A DNA stretch of 64,000 nucleotides from a virus (Duplodnaviria; Caudoviricetes), in the IMG/VR virus record IMGVR_UViG_3300045747_000505. One strand, 5' to 3'. Made by a program: the position numbers and the translations under genes. Below, piece by piece: positions 8,164 through 18,019 of the stretch. Numbering within the stretch: the first letter of the stretch is position 1; each line of letters begins with the position of its first letter. The notes beneath the pieces are model-generated. The model was given only the letters and a program-made list of their open reading frames with translations. It ran no database searches and was not told the DNA's origin.

Positions 8164-10731
8164 ATGAAGCGCTCGCGAATCTCTCTCGCAGTCGGCCTTC
8201 TGACCCTCCTGACAGCCTGCGGTGGTGGTAGCGTCGAGTCCGACGTCCCCTCAGCACAGACCGCCAGTGGCCAGCTTCCCACAGCCGAAGTCCACCCAAC
8301 CTTTCACATGTCGGCAGTCCTTCCGGACGAGCCGAGCGATGTCGATGCCAGCGGTGGCAGCGTCTCGGCCTTCATGCCACCGGCCTCCAAGCCCGTGCCG
8401 GTCGAGCTGCAAGGCCTCTCCACCAAGCAGCTCACTCTGCAAGCTTTGACCGACGCCAGGGGCAAGACTCACGCGCTTGCCGCTGGCTCGGTCAAGCCGA
8501 TGGTGTCGGTGTCCTACACCCCAGCTCAGATTCGCGCAGCCTACGGTCTGCCGGCGGTCGCAGCCTCCACACCCGTTCAGCTCGGCGCTGGCCAGACGAT
8601 CTACATTCTGGATGCGTACGACAACCCGACCGCGCTGGCTGACCTCAACGCCTTCTCGACGAAGTTCGGCCTCCCGCTCTGCACCAACGTCGCAGTCACG
8701 GCGGCCAACGCCTTCCCCCTCGCTGCCCCGTCCAGTGGCTGCGACTTCTCGGTCATCTACACCGACTCCACCGGCAACATCGTCCCGACGGCGCCGACCT
8801 ACGACTCTGGTTGGGCTGGTGAGATCGCTCTCGACGTTCAATGGGCTCACGCCATCGCTCCGCTCGCCCGCATCGTGCTGGTCGAAGCGCAGAACTCCTA
8901 CATCGACCGCCTCTACTACGCCACGAAGACCATCAACAAGATGGGCCCGGGCCCGGTGTCCATGTCGTTCGGTGCTCCGGAATATCCTGGCTACACCGAC
9001 ACCACTCGCGACGCCTTCCTCGCGCCTGGCTACACCTACCTCGCAGCGACTGGCGACAATGGCTACCAAGCCATGTGGCCCGCCGTGATGGGTGAAGTGG
9101 TTGCCGTCGGCGGCACCTCGCTGAACTGGTCTGGCACTGGTACTCGCACCGAGACCGCTTGGTCTGGCGCTGGTGGTGCTGTCAGTCAGTACGTGCCGCT
9201 CCCGTCGTATCAAGTCAATCTCAAGCTCGCCGATGGCTCAACGCCGACGATGCGCGCAGTGGCTGACGTCTCGATGAACGCTGACCCGTCCACTGGCCAG
9301 TACGTCGCGATGACGTACAACGGTACGGTCAACTGGTTCACGTTCGGTGGGACCAGCATGTCGACACCGATGTGGGCAGGCTTCGTCGCTCTTGGCAACG
9401 CTCAACGTGCTGCCGCTAGCCAACCTGTCATCGGTCGCATTCACAGCGCGATCTACGCCGCTGGTCAAGCTGCAACGACCTACGCGCAAGTCTTCCTCGA
9501 CGTGACGACTGGCGCCAACGGAACCTGCAAGTACTGCGCCGCCACGACGAAGTACGACATCCCGACCGGCTTCGGCACTCCCAACGGTTTCGAGATGGTG
9601 GCGAACCTCGCCAGGTACGCCACGTCGACGCCCACTCCGACCCCGACGCCCACACCGCCGGCTCCGACCCCGCCGACTTCGATCTCGGTTCCTGGTGGCA
9701 ACATCCCTGGCCGCGCTGGTGCTCCGCTCAGCTACACCCTTGGCATTCAAGCCCTGCCCAGTGGCTCGTACACCTACGCAGTGTCTGGTGTGTCTGGTGT
9801 CACGGTCAGCACGATGGGTGTCCTCACCTGGGCGAAGCCTGTCCTTGGCACGTGGAACGCTACGGTGACGGTCAAGTCGACGACTGGCCAATCAGCCAGC
9901 GGTGTCTACAAGTTCGTCATCGGTGCTGCCAACAAGGCTCCGCTGGTGCAGAACATCGCGCTCTCACTGACGACCGCTCAGACTGTCTCGACCACGCCGA
10001 TGTCCTCAGACCCCGATGGTGATGCGCTGACCTTCAAGCTCGGCTCAGTCGCTCCGGCCGGCCTGGCGCTGACAACCGCTGGTGGCCTCACCTTCGCGCC
10101 TACCACCAAGGGTGTCTACACGATCCGTGTCATCGCCACCGATACGTATGGTGCCAGCTCGACCAGCACCGCAACGTTCACGGTCACGACCGCACCGTCC
10201 ACCCCGGTCATCGAGATCGCCACGGACTTCATCGAAGTGCCAGCCGGTCTGCCCGTCAGCCTGCAAGCGGTGATCACGAACGCTGATGGTCTGAGGCCTG
10301 TGACTCGGCTGATCAACGCTCCGGCCGGAATGACGCTCAGCTCCACTGGTCTCATCACTTGGCCGAAGGCTGTGGTTGGAACCTACACGGTGACGCTCGA
10401 AGCCAAGGACCCGAGTGGCCTGACCAGTACGCACTCCTTCACCGTGCAGGCCAACGCTCCCACACCGCCGACCCTCATCGAGCTGACCCTCGCCGTCAAG
10501 CCGAACCAAGTCTTCGCGATGCAGATCCCGGCCTCGACGACGAACGGTACCTCACTGAGCTATGTCCTCTACTCTGTCAACCCGACGCCCACTCCGGTAG
10601 GTCTGACGGTTAGCTCGACTGGCATGCTTCGCTGGACCAAGACCGTGAAGGGAACCTACTTCGTCACGATCATGGTGACAGATGCCCTCGGTCTGAAGTC
10701 CTCAGGCGTCATCTCTTTGCAAGTGATGTAA
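8164..10731 (+). CDS. S53 (sedolisin/kumamolisin) protease lipoprotein with C-terminal Ig-like repeats
   Basis: Lipobox LTAC; EIALDVQWAHA (E-x3-D), GD, GGTSMSTP nucleophile, YDIPTGFGTP; PT linker; repeated beta modules. Confidence 0.9.
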   Translation: MKRSRISLAVGLLTLLTACGGGSVESDVPSAQTASGQLPTAEVHPTFHMSAVLPDEPSDVDASGGSVSAFMPPASKPVPVELQGLSTKQLTLQALTDARGKTHALAAGSVKPMVSVSYTPAQIRAAYGLPAVAASTPVQLGAGQTIYILDAYDNPTALADLNAFSTKFGLPLCTNVAVTAANAFPLAAPSSGCDFSVIYTDSTGNIVPTAPTYDSGWAGEIALDVQWAHAIAPLARIVLVEAQNSYIDRLYYATKTINKMGPGPVSMSFGAPEYPGYTDTTRDAFLAPGYTYLAATGDNGYQAMWPAVMGEVVAVGGTSLNWSGTGTRTETAWSGAGGAVSQYVPLPSYQVNLKLADGSTPTMRAVADVSMNADPSTGQYVAMTYNGTVNWFTFGGTSMSTPMWAGFVALGNAQRAAASQPVIGRIHSAIYAAGQAATTYAQVFLDVTTGANGTCKYCAATTKYDIPTGFGTPNGFEMVANLARYATSTPTPTPTPTPPAPTPPTSISVPGGNIPGRAGAPLSYTLGIQALPSGSYTYAVSGVSGVTVSTMGVLTWAKPVLGTWNATVTVKSTTGQSASGVYKFVIGAANKAPLVQNIALSLTTAQTVSTTPMSSDPDGDALTFKLGSVAPAGLALTTAGGLTFAPTTKGVYTIRVIATDTYGASSTSTATFTVTTAPSTPVIEIATDFIEVPAGLPVSLQAVITNADGLRPVTRLINAPAGMTLSSTGLITWPKAVVGTYTVTLEAKDPSGLTSTHSFTVQANAPTPPTLIELTLAVKPNQVFAMQIPASTTNGTSLSYVLYSVNPTPTPVGLTVSSTGMLRWTKTVKGTYFVTIMVTDALGLKSSGVISLQVM

Positions 10732-10750
10732 TCACTCAGCCTCCGAAACG

Positions 10751-10770
10751 GAAGGGCCCTAGGGCCCTTC
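10751..10770. terminator. perfect 20-bp palindrome/hairpin
   Basis: GAAGGGCCCTAGGGCCCTTC after the S53 gene. Confidence 0.5.
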
Positions 10771-10813
10771 CTGCGTTTCTGATAAATACTCCTGCACTCA
10801 AGGAGATATTGCC

Positions 10814-10978
10814 ATGATGGAAATTCTGAAGAAGCACGGCGCCCCAGCCGGTATTGCCACGCTCCTCGTGCTGGCAATTACGTTCGTCCCAATCTATTAC
10901 CAGTACAAGACGACGGTCAATCAAAACGCTCGCATCGCTCAGCTCGAGGCGAAAGTGGAAAAGCTCTCCGCCAAGTAA
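10814..10978 (+). CDS. small membrane protein with coiled-coil tail (54 aa, not in ORF track)
   Basis: AGGAG RBS after late promoter; MMEILKKHGAPAGIATLLVLAITFVPIYY... Confidence 0.7.
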   Translation: MMEILKKHGAPAGIATLLVLAITFVPIYYQYKTTVNQNARIAQLEAKVEKLSAK

Positions 10979-11050
10979 GCGTTACGCTTTAGCTAGGTTG
11001 TTACACTTCAACTAGTGTTCAATCGGTCAGGTTGGTGTATAATGGCATCT

Positions 11051-11269
11051 ATGAAAACCCGTGACCAACTCCTCAAAGCCTTCTGTGTTGCCGTTGACCG
11101 TGATGCCATGGCCAAGCTGGTGAATGAAGCCCTCGACTCGCTTCAGTTCGCAGAGCTTCAACAGGCTCTGGCCGAAGCGCGTCTCAAGAAGGCTGGTGAG
11201 CAGATTGCTCGTCAAGCCAAGATGATTGACGAGCTCAATCAAGCTCTGGCTGGTCCCAAACGAAAGTAA
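11051..11269 (+). CDS. small coiled-coil early protein
   Basis: After TATAAT promoter; start could be 11042. Confidence 0.6.
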   Translation: MKTRDQLLKAFCVAVDRDAMAKLVNEALDSLQFAELQQALAEARLKKAGEQIARQAKMIDELNQALAGPKRK

Positions 11270-11272
11270 GTC

Positions 11273-12328
11273 ATGTCCAAGCTCCTCACTCGTGAAGCCT
11301 TTCGTGAAGGCGTCTTCGCCCGCGACGGCCACAAGTGCGTGGTCTGCGGCAAGACCGCTGAGCAAACCCCTGAGGGCAAGCTCGACGCGCATCACATCAT
11401 CGAACGTCGGCTCTGGTCCGACGGCGGCTACTACCTCGACAACGGAGCAACGGTCTGTGAAGAACATCACCTGGAGTGCGAGCGAACTATCCGCAGCGTC
11501 GAAGAAGTTCGAGCTCAATGTGGTATTACCACGATTGTCGTCCCCGACCAATTTTACCCCGAGCAGCCAATCACCAAGTGGGGCGACTATGTCCTCGATA
11601 ACGGCTACCGCACAAAGGGTGAGCTGTTCTTTGACGTCAGCGTACAGAAGGTCCTGCGGGACGCCGGAGTCCTAGACCTCTACGTTCCGTACGTCAAGTA
11701 CGGTCGGACGTTCCATCTGCCGTTCTCGCCTGGGATGCACGACGATGACAAGGCGCTGAAGGACTGCGAGCAGTTCGAAGGCAAGGACGTCGTCATCTCC
11801 ATCAAGTTCGACGGTGAGAACACCTCGGGCTACAGCGATGGCCACGTTCACGCTCGCTCCATCGACAGCCGTGGTGGCGAGGAGCGCGCCTGGGTCAAGC
11901 GATTCCTGGCCGAGAACGTGTGCTACAACCTACCCGAAGGGTGGCGCGTCTGTGGCGAGAACGTTTGGGCCGAGCACAGCATCAAGTACACCGACCTGCC
12001 CTCCTACTTCCTCGGCTTCAGCATCTGGAACGAGAAGAACGAATGTCTGTCGTGGGACGACACGCTCGAGTGGTTCGAGCTGCTGGACATCACGCCGGTC
12101 AAGGTTCTCTACCGTGGTCCGTTCAACGGCGACGTGCTGAAGTACGCGACCGAGTTCGTTGCTCCACTGTGGGAGACCACTGAGGGCTACGTCGTTCGCG
12201 TTGCCGATAGCTTCAAGTACGGCGACTTCAAGAAGAGCGTTGCGAAGTACGTTCGCAAGGGCCACGTTCAAACCCAGAAGCACTGGCGTGCCGGTGCTCA
12301 CTTCAAACCAAACGGACTCGCAAAGTGA
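11273..12328 (+). CDS. HNH-domain / ATP-dependent RNA ligase fusion
   Basis: N-term CxxC..DAHH..N..TVCEEHH; ligase motif I KFDGEN, GENVW, EGYVVR, KYVRK. Confidence 0.85.
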   Translation: MSKLLTREAFREGVFARDGHKCVVCGKTAEQTPEGKLDAHHIIERRLWSDGGYYLDNGATVCEEHHLECERTIRSVEEVRAQCGITTIVVPDQFYPEQPITKWGDYVLDNGYRTKGELFFDVSVQKVLRDAGVLDLYVPYVKYGRTFHLPFSPGMHDDDKALKDCEQFEGKDVVISIKFDGENTSGYSDGHVHARSIDSRGGEERAWVKRFLAENVCYNLPEGWRVCGENVWAEHSIKYTDLPSYFLGFSIWNEKNECLSWDDTLEWFELLDITPVKVLYRGPFNGDVLKYATEFVAPLWETTEGYVVRVADSFKYGDFKKSVAKYVRKGHVQTQKHWRAGAHFKPNGLAK

Positions 12329-12708
12329 TCATCAAATCCATTCAGAGCATCGACTGTCAAGATCTCGACGAGCTCATCGTCGAAACGTACGGTCGGCCAT
12401 TCAACTTTCAACAGCAAGACGGCTGCAAGTCGCGTGGCGTCGATCACATCACCGTGCCAGTGTCGGACCCGTACGACTACGAGAACGACACGATTCCTGA
12501 AGAGGTCAATGGCGACGAGATGGGCGTGTCGTTTGCCGCGTGGCTGGCTCGAGACCCGAAGCAAAAGCTGTCAAGCAACGACTACGAGTGGTCACTTGAC
12601 CTGTTCTGGTCTCGCAACTTCTACCCGAACCTCGACATGGTCGTCAACGACCTTCACGCCCGTGGTCTGCTGCCCGCCGGCGAGTACCAGATCGTGATCG
12701 ACTGGTAA
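12325..12708 (+). CDS. hypothetical protein
   Basis: GTGA overlap with the ligase stop. Confidence 0.7.
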   Translation: MIIKSIQSIDCQDLDELIVETYGRPFNFQQQDGCKSRGVDHITVPVSDPYDYENDTIPEEVNGDEMGVSFAAWLARDPKQKLSSNDYEWSLDLFWSRNFYPNLDMVVNDLHARGLLPAGEYQIVIDW

Positions 12709-12729
12709 GACTTCAACAAGGACACCATC

Positions 12730-12966
12730 GTGAAAACCTACACCCCTGCTCAGTACGCTCGTCGTCAGAAGGTCCGTGACTGGATCGTCGCCTCGATGCC
12801 CGTCATCCTCCTGATTGCGTTCTTCAGCGCCGCCATCGCCTATCCCCTCGCTGGTCCCACGGCAGCGATTCTGGCGCCCGTCGTCATCATCGCGACGTTC
12901 AACCTCATCGAGTGGTCGCTCATTCCGCGGGATCGGCTGTACCACGCTCAACGGTCACATTACTAA
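12730..12966 (+). CDS. small membrane protein
   Basis: Two hydrophobic segments, AAGGA RBS. Confidence 0.65.
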   Translation: MKTYTPAQYARRQKVRDWIVASMPVILLIAFFSAAIAYPLAGPTAAILAPVVIIATFNLIEWSLIPRDRLYHAQRSHY

Positions 12967-12976
12967 GGACATCATC

Positions 12977-13177
12977 ATGGCACGAAGCAGCAACAACGGT
13001 CCCATTGCCTCCGGTCCGGAGCGCGCCCTTGGCTACGTCCCACCGGTGCGTGGAACGCTCGAGCTCGTCTGCATTGGCGCCATCATCGGCTCCATCTGCA
13101 ATCATCCATCCATCGGCATCGCCGTCGGCCTGCTCGTCGCCTTCATTGGCTACCGGGTCATTGGGCGCCTGAAGTAG
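12977..13177 (+). CDS. small membrane protein
   Basis: AAGGA RBS, hydrophobic C-half. Confidence 0.6.
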   Translation: MARSSNNGPIASGPERALGYVPPVRGTLELVCIGAIIGSICNHPSIGIAVGLLVAFIGYRVIGRLK

Positions 13178-13178
13178 C

Positions 13179-13328
13179 ATGGCCCACTCGATCTCGTACC
13201 TCTCGCTGCTCGTCTTCGGCGGCATCGCTGGAGCGCTGGTCGGTGCTGAGGTCGATGGCGACTCACTTGCCTACGCCGCTGCCGCAATCTCCATTCTCAT
13301 CGGGCTTGGCCCATTCATCATCGAGTAA
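13179..13328 (+). CDS. small membrane protein (49 aa, not in ORF track)
   Basis: MAHSISYLSLLVFGGIAGALVG...; fills the gap in the operon. Confidence 0.55.
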   Translation: MAHSISYLSLLVFGGIAGALVGAEVDGDSLAYAAAAISILIGLGPFIIE

Positions 13329-13332
13329 TCAC

Positions 13333-13677
13333 ATGCCCTATCTCACTGCTCTTGCCGACGAATGCGTTCGCGGCGCTGGCCTCGGTCGCGAGGACTTCAA
13401 GGACCCAGGCGCCATGGGTCTCAAGCTGATGGAGGAGGTCGGCGAGTTTGCCGAGGCCATCAACTTCGCCCTTGGCAATCTGCCACACAAGAAGGTCAAG
13501 GAATCGCCCTTCGGCGAGGCCGCTGACGTCGTTCAGTGCGTCATCGCGCTGCTCGTCAAGACCTATCCGCAGATGGACAACGAGCGCATCATCGAGGAGC
13601 TGTACAAGCAGATGGTGGTGAAGAACGACAAGTACGAGAAGAAAGTGATTGAGCCGCTGCGAAAAGCGGCGAAGTAA
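13333..13677 (+). CDS. mazG: MazG-like nucleotide pyrophosphohydrolase
   Basis: KLMEEVGEFAEAI...EAADV motif. Confidence 0.8.
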   Translation: MPYLTALADECVRGAGLGREDFKDPGAMGLKLMEEVGEFAEAINFALGNLPHKKVKESPFGEAADVVQCVIALLVKTYPQMDNERIIEELYKQMVVKNDKYEKKVIEPLRKAAK

Positions 13678-13752
13678 ATCACCCGTCGCTGATAAATAGG
13701 TCCATGCGAGAGCGTGGGCCTATTTGCGCTTCTACAATCAAAAGGGTTAGAA

Positions 13753-14787
13753 ATGAAAGTCACTGAACTGTTCGAAGGCACTTCAAAGTCTGCAATCAAG
13801 AAGCTCGAAGACGCCATCTTCAACAACTGGCTCGAGCTCTCAACGAAGCAGATCGCCAAGCGAGTCAAGGGCTGGCCAGAGTTCAAGGACATGCCTGCCG
13901 CTGAGCTCGAGACCATCGTCGGCGATGCGCACTATCTGGTGCACAATCAAGTCGATGAAGGTCTGACCGAAGGCGAGGTCATTCAGGCGAAGTTCGGTGA
14001 GCCAGTCAAGACCGGCGTCGTGAAGATGCGAGTTCGCAAGCACCCGCTCGGCGCGTACTCTCCAACCGGCACCTTCAAGGTCCATGAGTTCACTGAGAAT
14101 CAAGGTGGTCGCAAGGACTCGATGTTCGTCTCGTACAAGAATTCCGATGGTGGCGTTGACGGCTGGCCGTTCGACCGCAAGAGCCCGCCAGAGTTCATCA
14201 CGTTCATGGTCGGCAATGAAAAGGTCACGCTCTCACAGGCGCTCGCCGCCTGGCGCCAGCAACAGAAGTCCGTCAAGGAAGGTCTAATGACCGAAGGCGC
14301 CTTCGTCATCAAGAACACCGCCGGTGTTGAGAAGCGCTTCAAGGACGCCAACAGCGAAGCCGCCAAGCTTTGGAAGGCATCTGGCTCCAAGGCTTCGAAG
14401 CCGTCCGCCGTGCCGACGGAGAAGTACTCACAAGCGTGGTGGCAGTATCAAGAGGACAAGGACAAGAACTACGAGAAGACCATGCCGTGGACGAAGATCG
14501 ACAAGCACGACCTTGACTCGGCTGCGCTGAAGGCTGCGTTCTCCTCCGCTGGCTGGAATGAGAACAACGTTGACGACTGGTCAGTCGTTGGTGGCAGCGG
14601 AAACGTCAAGGTCAAGGGTGTGAACTGCGCGGCTCTCACACTGCGCGTCGTGTACATGTTCACGAAGGACGATGACATTGGCGTCGAGGGCGATGATCCA
14701 GTCTCAGACTCCGAGTACATCACGATCGCTCGCTCGCCAACGGACCCGAAGAAGTATGTCTTCGTTCGTCATGGTCAGCTGCGTTAA
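13753..14787 (+). CDS. late hypothetical protein, putative internal head protein
   Basis: After GATAAATA; MKVTELFEG; internal LTEG and LMTEG. Confidence 0.75.
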   Translation: MKVTELFEGTSKSAIKKLEDAIFNNWLELSTKQIAKRVKGWPEFKDMPAAELETIVGDAHYLVHNQVDEGLTEGEVIQAKFGEPVKTGVVKMRVRKHPLGAYSPTGTFKVHEFTENQGGRKDSMFVSYKNSDGGVDGWPFDRKSPPEFITFMVGNEKVTLSQALAAWRQQQKSVKEGLMTEGAFVIKNTAGVEKRFKDANSEAAKLWKASGSKASKPSAVPTEKYSQAWWQYQEDKDKNYEKTMPWTKIDKHDLDSAALKAAFSSAGWNENNVDDWSVVGGSGNVKVKGVNCAALTLRVVYMFTKDDDIGVEGDDPVSDSEYITIARSPTDPKKYVFVRHGQLR

Positions 14788-14806
14788 TCGCGCCTAAGGA
14801 TCGACA

Positions 14807-15565
14807 ATGGCCATCACTCTCAAAGAATTCCTAGTCCTGCTCGAGGACCGTACCGATCAGGCCATCAAGGACTTTGGTGCGAAGGTTGGCACCGCGCTCT
14901 CAGATGACTCGAGCCCGAACAAGCCGAAGGACGCCGAGGGCGCCATTCGCGAGCTGGCCAAGATCAGCCCAACGAACATCATGTGGCTGAGCCGCATGTA
15001 CGCTGCCAAGCAGTTCAAGCTCGAAGATGCAAGCCGCGTCAAGAAGACAATCGAGACGTTCGACAAGGTCAAGAAGAAGTTGGAGGTCAGAGACCTCAAC
15101 AACTACAAGACGCTTGGCGCTCTGTACGACGCCATCGAGCCGCACGATGGCGCTGCCGACGAGCTGTCGAAGAAGCAAGCTGCGAGACAGATCAAGACCA
15201 ATGAGACCGAAGTCTTTCTGAAGGAGCCTGACCTGCTTGTGCTCATTCCAAAGTCTGAAGCCGCTGCGTGCAAGTACGGCGCTGGCACCAAGTGGTGTAC
15301 CGCTGCTGACTCTGACAACATGTTCAGCCACTACGATGCTCAGGGCAAGCTCTACATCGTCATCGCGCCGACGCTGCCGAAGAAGGGCGACTATGAGCGC
15401 AAGTTCCAGCTGCACTATCAGACCGACTCGTTCATGGACGAGCGTGACGAGCCAGTTGGCAAGGCTGACATCAGCGCGCTGAGCAAGCTGCCGGGCTACA
15501 CGAAGTTCCTCAACAAGCTCATCAAACTTCACTACGGTCCGCACATCGACGCCCTGGAGGCGTAA
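14807..15565 (+). CDS. conserved phage hypothetical protein
   Basis: ACKYGAGTKWC..MF..Y..G.LY..KFQ motif seen in large phages. Confidence 0.75.
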   Translation: MAITLKEFLVLLEDRTDQAIKDFGAKVGTALSDDSSPNKPKDAEGAIRELAKISPTNIMWLSRMYAAKQFKLEDASRVKKTIETFDKVKKKLEVRDLNNYKTLGALYDAIEPHDGAADELSKKQAARQIKTNETEVFLKEPDLLVLIPKSEAAACKYGAGTKWCTAADSDNMFSHYDAQGKLYIVIAPTLPKKGDYERKFQLHYQTDSFMDERDEPVGKADISALSKLPGYTKFLNKLIKLHYGPHIDALEA

Positions 15566-16071
15566 TGGACCTCTACAAGTTTCACGACAAGCCGGAGACG
15601 CTTGACCATCACGACAAGGCTCAAGAGGTTGTGACCGAGCTTGTCTGGGACAAGTACAAGAATCAACCTCAAGAGCTTAAGAAGCGCGAGCACATTATTG
15701 CGAAAGATGCAGACACCGCCCTTCACTATGCCCTTCACATTCTCAAGGGCCCCTTCAAGGAAGCCGAGCCAGTCATCGCAAAGGTGCCGAAGATCGCCCT
15801 TCAGTACGCCATTCACATTCTCAAGGGTCCCTTCAAGGAAGCCGAACCAGCCATCGCAAAGAATTCACACGCCGCTTTCGGATACGCCGTACACGTTCTA
15901 CATGGCCCATTCAAAGCCGGTGAAACCGCCATTGCTTCGAGCTCATACTGCTCGTTCAGGTACGCCGCGGACGTGCTAAAGAGCCGATTCAAACCTGGCG
16001 AAGAAGCCATCAAGAAGACGCATGAATGGGGCGTCTACAAACATCTCTTCTCAATGAAGGACGACGAGTGA
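15565..16071 (+). CDS. helical-repeat protein, paralog 1
   Basis: MDLYKFHDKP; about 25-aa repeats A..YA..ILKGPFKEAEP.IAK. Confidence 0.8.
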   Translation: MDLYKFHDKPETLDHHDKAQEVVTELVWDKYKNQPQELKKREHIIAKDADTALHYALHILKGPFKEAEPVIAKVPKIALQYAIHILKGPFKEAEPAIAKNSHAAFGYAVHVLHGPFKAGETAIASSSYCSFRYAADVLKSRFKPGEEAIKKTHEWGVYKHLFSMKDDE

Positions 16072-16595
16072 ACCTCTACAAGCTTCACGACAGTCCGAAA
16101 GCGTTGTCGCATCATGACATCGCACACCTCCACGTGCCGATCGTGCTGAAGGACAAGATTCTTCATGACCTCAAGATGGGTCATCGCTCGCGCTACACCG
16201 CCTACACCGACGCTGAGCTGAAGCTTCTGGTCAAGGACCCAGCGACGGCCTACTGGCTGGCGAATCTGGACTCGATGAATACCGTGTCGCTCATTCCAAA
16301 GAGCATGGTGCCGGCGCTTGAGCGCACCATTGCCGCGCACTCAGACTACGCGTACTACTACGCTGAGAATCTGCACGGCGTTCCATGGCCGAAGATCACC
16401 GATGACAAGGCGACCGTCGAGCTGGCCGAGAAGAACATAGCCTCCAACGCCAACACGGCGTTCTACTACTCCACCGCAGTGCTCAAGGCGCCGTGGCCGC
16501 CAGGCGAGAAGGCCATCATGGCCTCTGGGCATGCTGAGGACTACGAGCTGTTCCTGGCTGGCGAGACCGATCACCTCTGGACGGCAGACTCATGA
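16068..16595 (+). CDS. helical-repeat protein, paralog 2
   Basis: GTG start, NLYKLHDSP; degenerate repeats. Confidence 0.75.
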   Translation: MNLYKLHDSPKALSHHDIAHLHVPIVLKDKILHDLKMGHRSRYTAYTDAELKLLVKDPATAYWLANLDSMNTVSLIPKSMVPALERTIAAHSDYAYYYAENLHGVPWPKITDDKATVELAEKNIASNANTAFYYSTAVLKAPWPPGEKAIMASGHAEDYELFLAGETDHLWTADS

Positions 16596-17044
16596 ACCTC
16601 TACAAACTTCACAAAGACCCAAAGTCGCTTGACCATCACGACAAGGCGCACGAGGCTGTGCCGTCAATCGTGCGCTCGCGGCTGACCACTACGTGGGCTG
16701 ACTATCCGTCGGTCGATGCCTGGGCTGATGAGGTGCGCAAGTACCGTAAGGTCTTCGCTCACACCGCAGAGGATGCCACGTGGTTTGCTAGCGTGATGCA
16801 AGAACCATTTCCAGAAGCAGAGACGGTCATAGCCACCAGCGCCGGCAATTCGTATGAGTACGCTCGACAAGTGCTTAAGGGACCCTTCAAGGCCGGTGAG
16901 CCAGCCATCGCAAAGGTGCCGGTGGTCGCCTTTGAGTACGCCACCAATGTTCTCAAGGGTCCCTTCAAGGCTGGTGAGAAGGGGATGCAGGATGATTGGA
17001 AGCTTTGGACCAAGTACTTAAAGTTTCTGGACACCCTTAAATAG
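16592..17044 (+). CDS. helical-repeat protein, paralog 3
   Basis: MNLYKLHKDP; VLKGPFKAGEP repeats. Confidence 0.8.
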   Translation: MNLYKLHKDPKSLDHHDKAHEAVPSIVRSRLTTTWADYPSVDAWADEVRKYRKVFAHTAEDATWFASVMQEPFPEAETVIATSAGNSYEYARQVLKGPFKAGEPAIAKVPVVAFEYATNVLKGPFKAGEKGMQDDWKLWTKYLKFLDTLK

Positions 17045-17071
17045 ACCTCGAACCTGGAGTATAATAGCACC

Positions 17072-17284
17072 ATGAACAAACTAGCTCAACTTGGCAAAGC
17101 CCTGCTTGCCGAAAGTGGAAAACCCTACAACGCCTTCAACGGGTTTCTGGGTCCGTTCCGCGTCGACCACGCCTACGTCAATGACGCCCGTGGCAACACC
17201 GTCGTCAACTGTGAGGGCAATCAGGCGACCGCCAAGGTCATCTGCGCTCTGCTCAACAAGACCTACCCGCCGAAGGCAAAGTGA
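17072..17284 (+). CDS. hypothetical protein
   Basis: After TATAAT; overlaps the next start. Confidence 0.65.
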   Translation: MNKLAQLGKALLAESGKPYNAFNGFLGPFRVDHAYVNDARGNTVVNCEGNQATAKVICALLNKTYPPKAK

Positions 17285-17745
17285 AGGTCGCTGAGCTGTT
17301 CGAAGCCGTTGGCAAGGCTGGCAAAGCCGGCTTCATGCCGTACGTGCTCGAGGGCGACGTGCCGATCTATCTGTTCATGGTCTCCTCAGCGTCGCAGTAC
17401 GGTGGCGCTGACCCACAGATCTCGAAGGGCCACATCGACGCCGGTGAGGACGCCAAGACCGCCGGAGTTCGTGAGGCAGAGGAGGAGCTCGGACTGCGCA
17501 AGTCTAACCTCATCTCCACCATCGAGGGTTGGAGCGGCACGCAGACCGGGCTCGACGCAACCTACAAGATGACCATCTTCGCCGGTCAAGTGAAGTCCAA
17601 GTCTGCCTTCGACAAGCCGCACTACGAGACGAAGGAGACCGTTTGGCTCTCCGCCGCGGACTTCGCCACGAAGGGTCGCAAGGCGCAGAACTCCATCGTC
17701 GCAGCCGTTGACAAGTCAGTTCGAGCTTCGTTACAATCAACCTAG
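17281..17745 (+). CDS. NUDIX hydrolase
   Basis: Nudix box GHIDAGEDAKTAGVREAEEELG. Confidence 0.9.
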   Translation: MKVAELFEAVGKAGKAGFMPYVLEGDVPIYLFMVSSASQYGGADPQISKGHIDAGEDAKTAGVREAEEELGLRKSNLISTIEGWSGTQTGLDATYKMTIFAGQVKSKSAFDKPHYETKETVWLSAADFATKGRKAQNSIVAAVDKSVRASLQST

Positions 17746-18019
17746 GACTGTTACACTTAAAAGTGTGCAGACCGCCAAAACCGTGTTATAGTACATCTAT
17801 CGACACGAACACAGCAATGTGTTCAGGTTGAGACGAGAACGGTCTCCGCCGAACCTGAAAATTGTCTTGTACGAAGCTCAGGAACGTGTTATAGTTCAAC
17901 TCTGGTGATGCGACAAGTGCGCTGATCGCTGATCCTTGAAACAACCTTCCGCGAAATCTTCGGAAATCGCTAAATAGAAACATCGCCGCAAGGCACTGGA
18001 ACCAACTTAGGAAACCATC

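Noticed and set aside
15565-17044. CRISPR array or DGR repeats
   Set aside because: The repeats are in-frame coding repeats; there are no spacer-repeat periodicity, Cas genes, reverse transcriptase or adenine-specific TR/VR pattern anywhere in the window.
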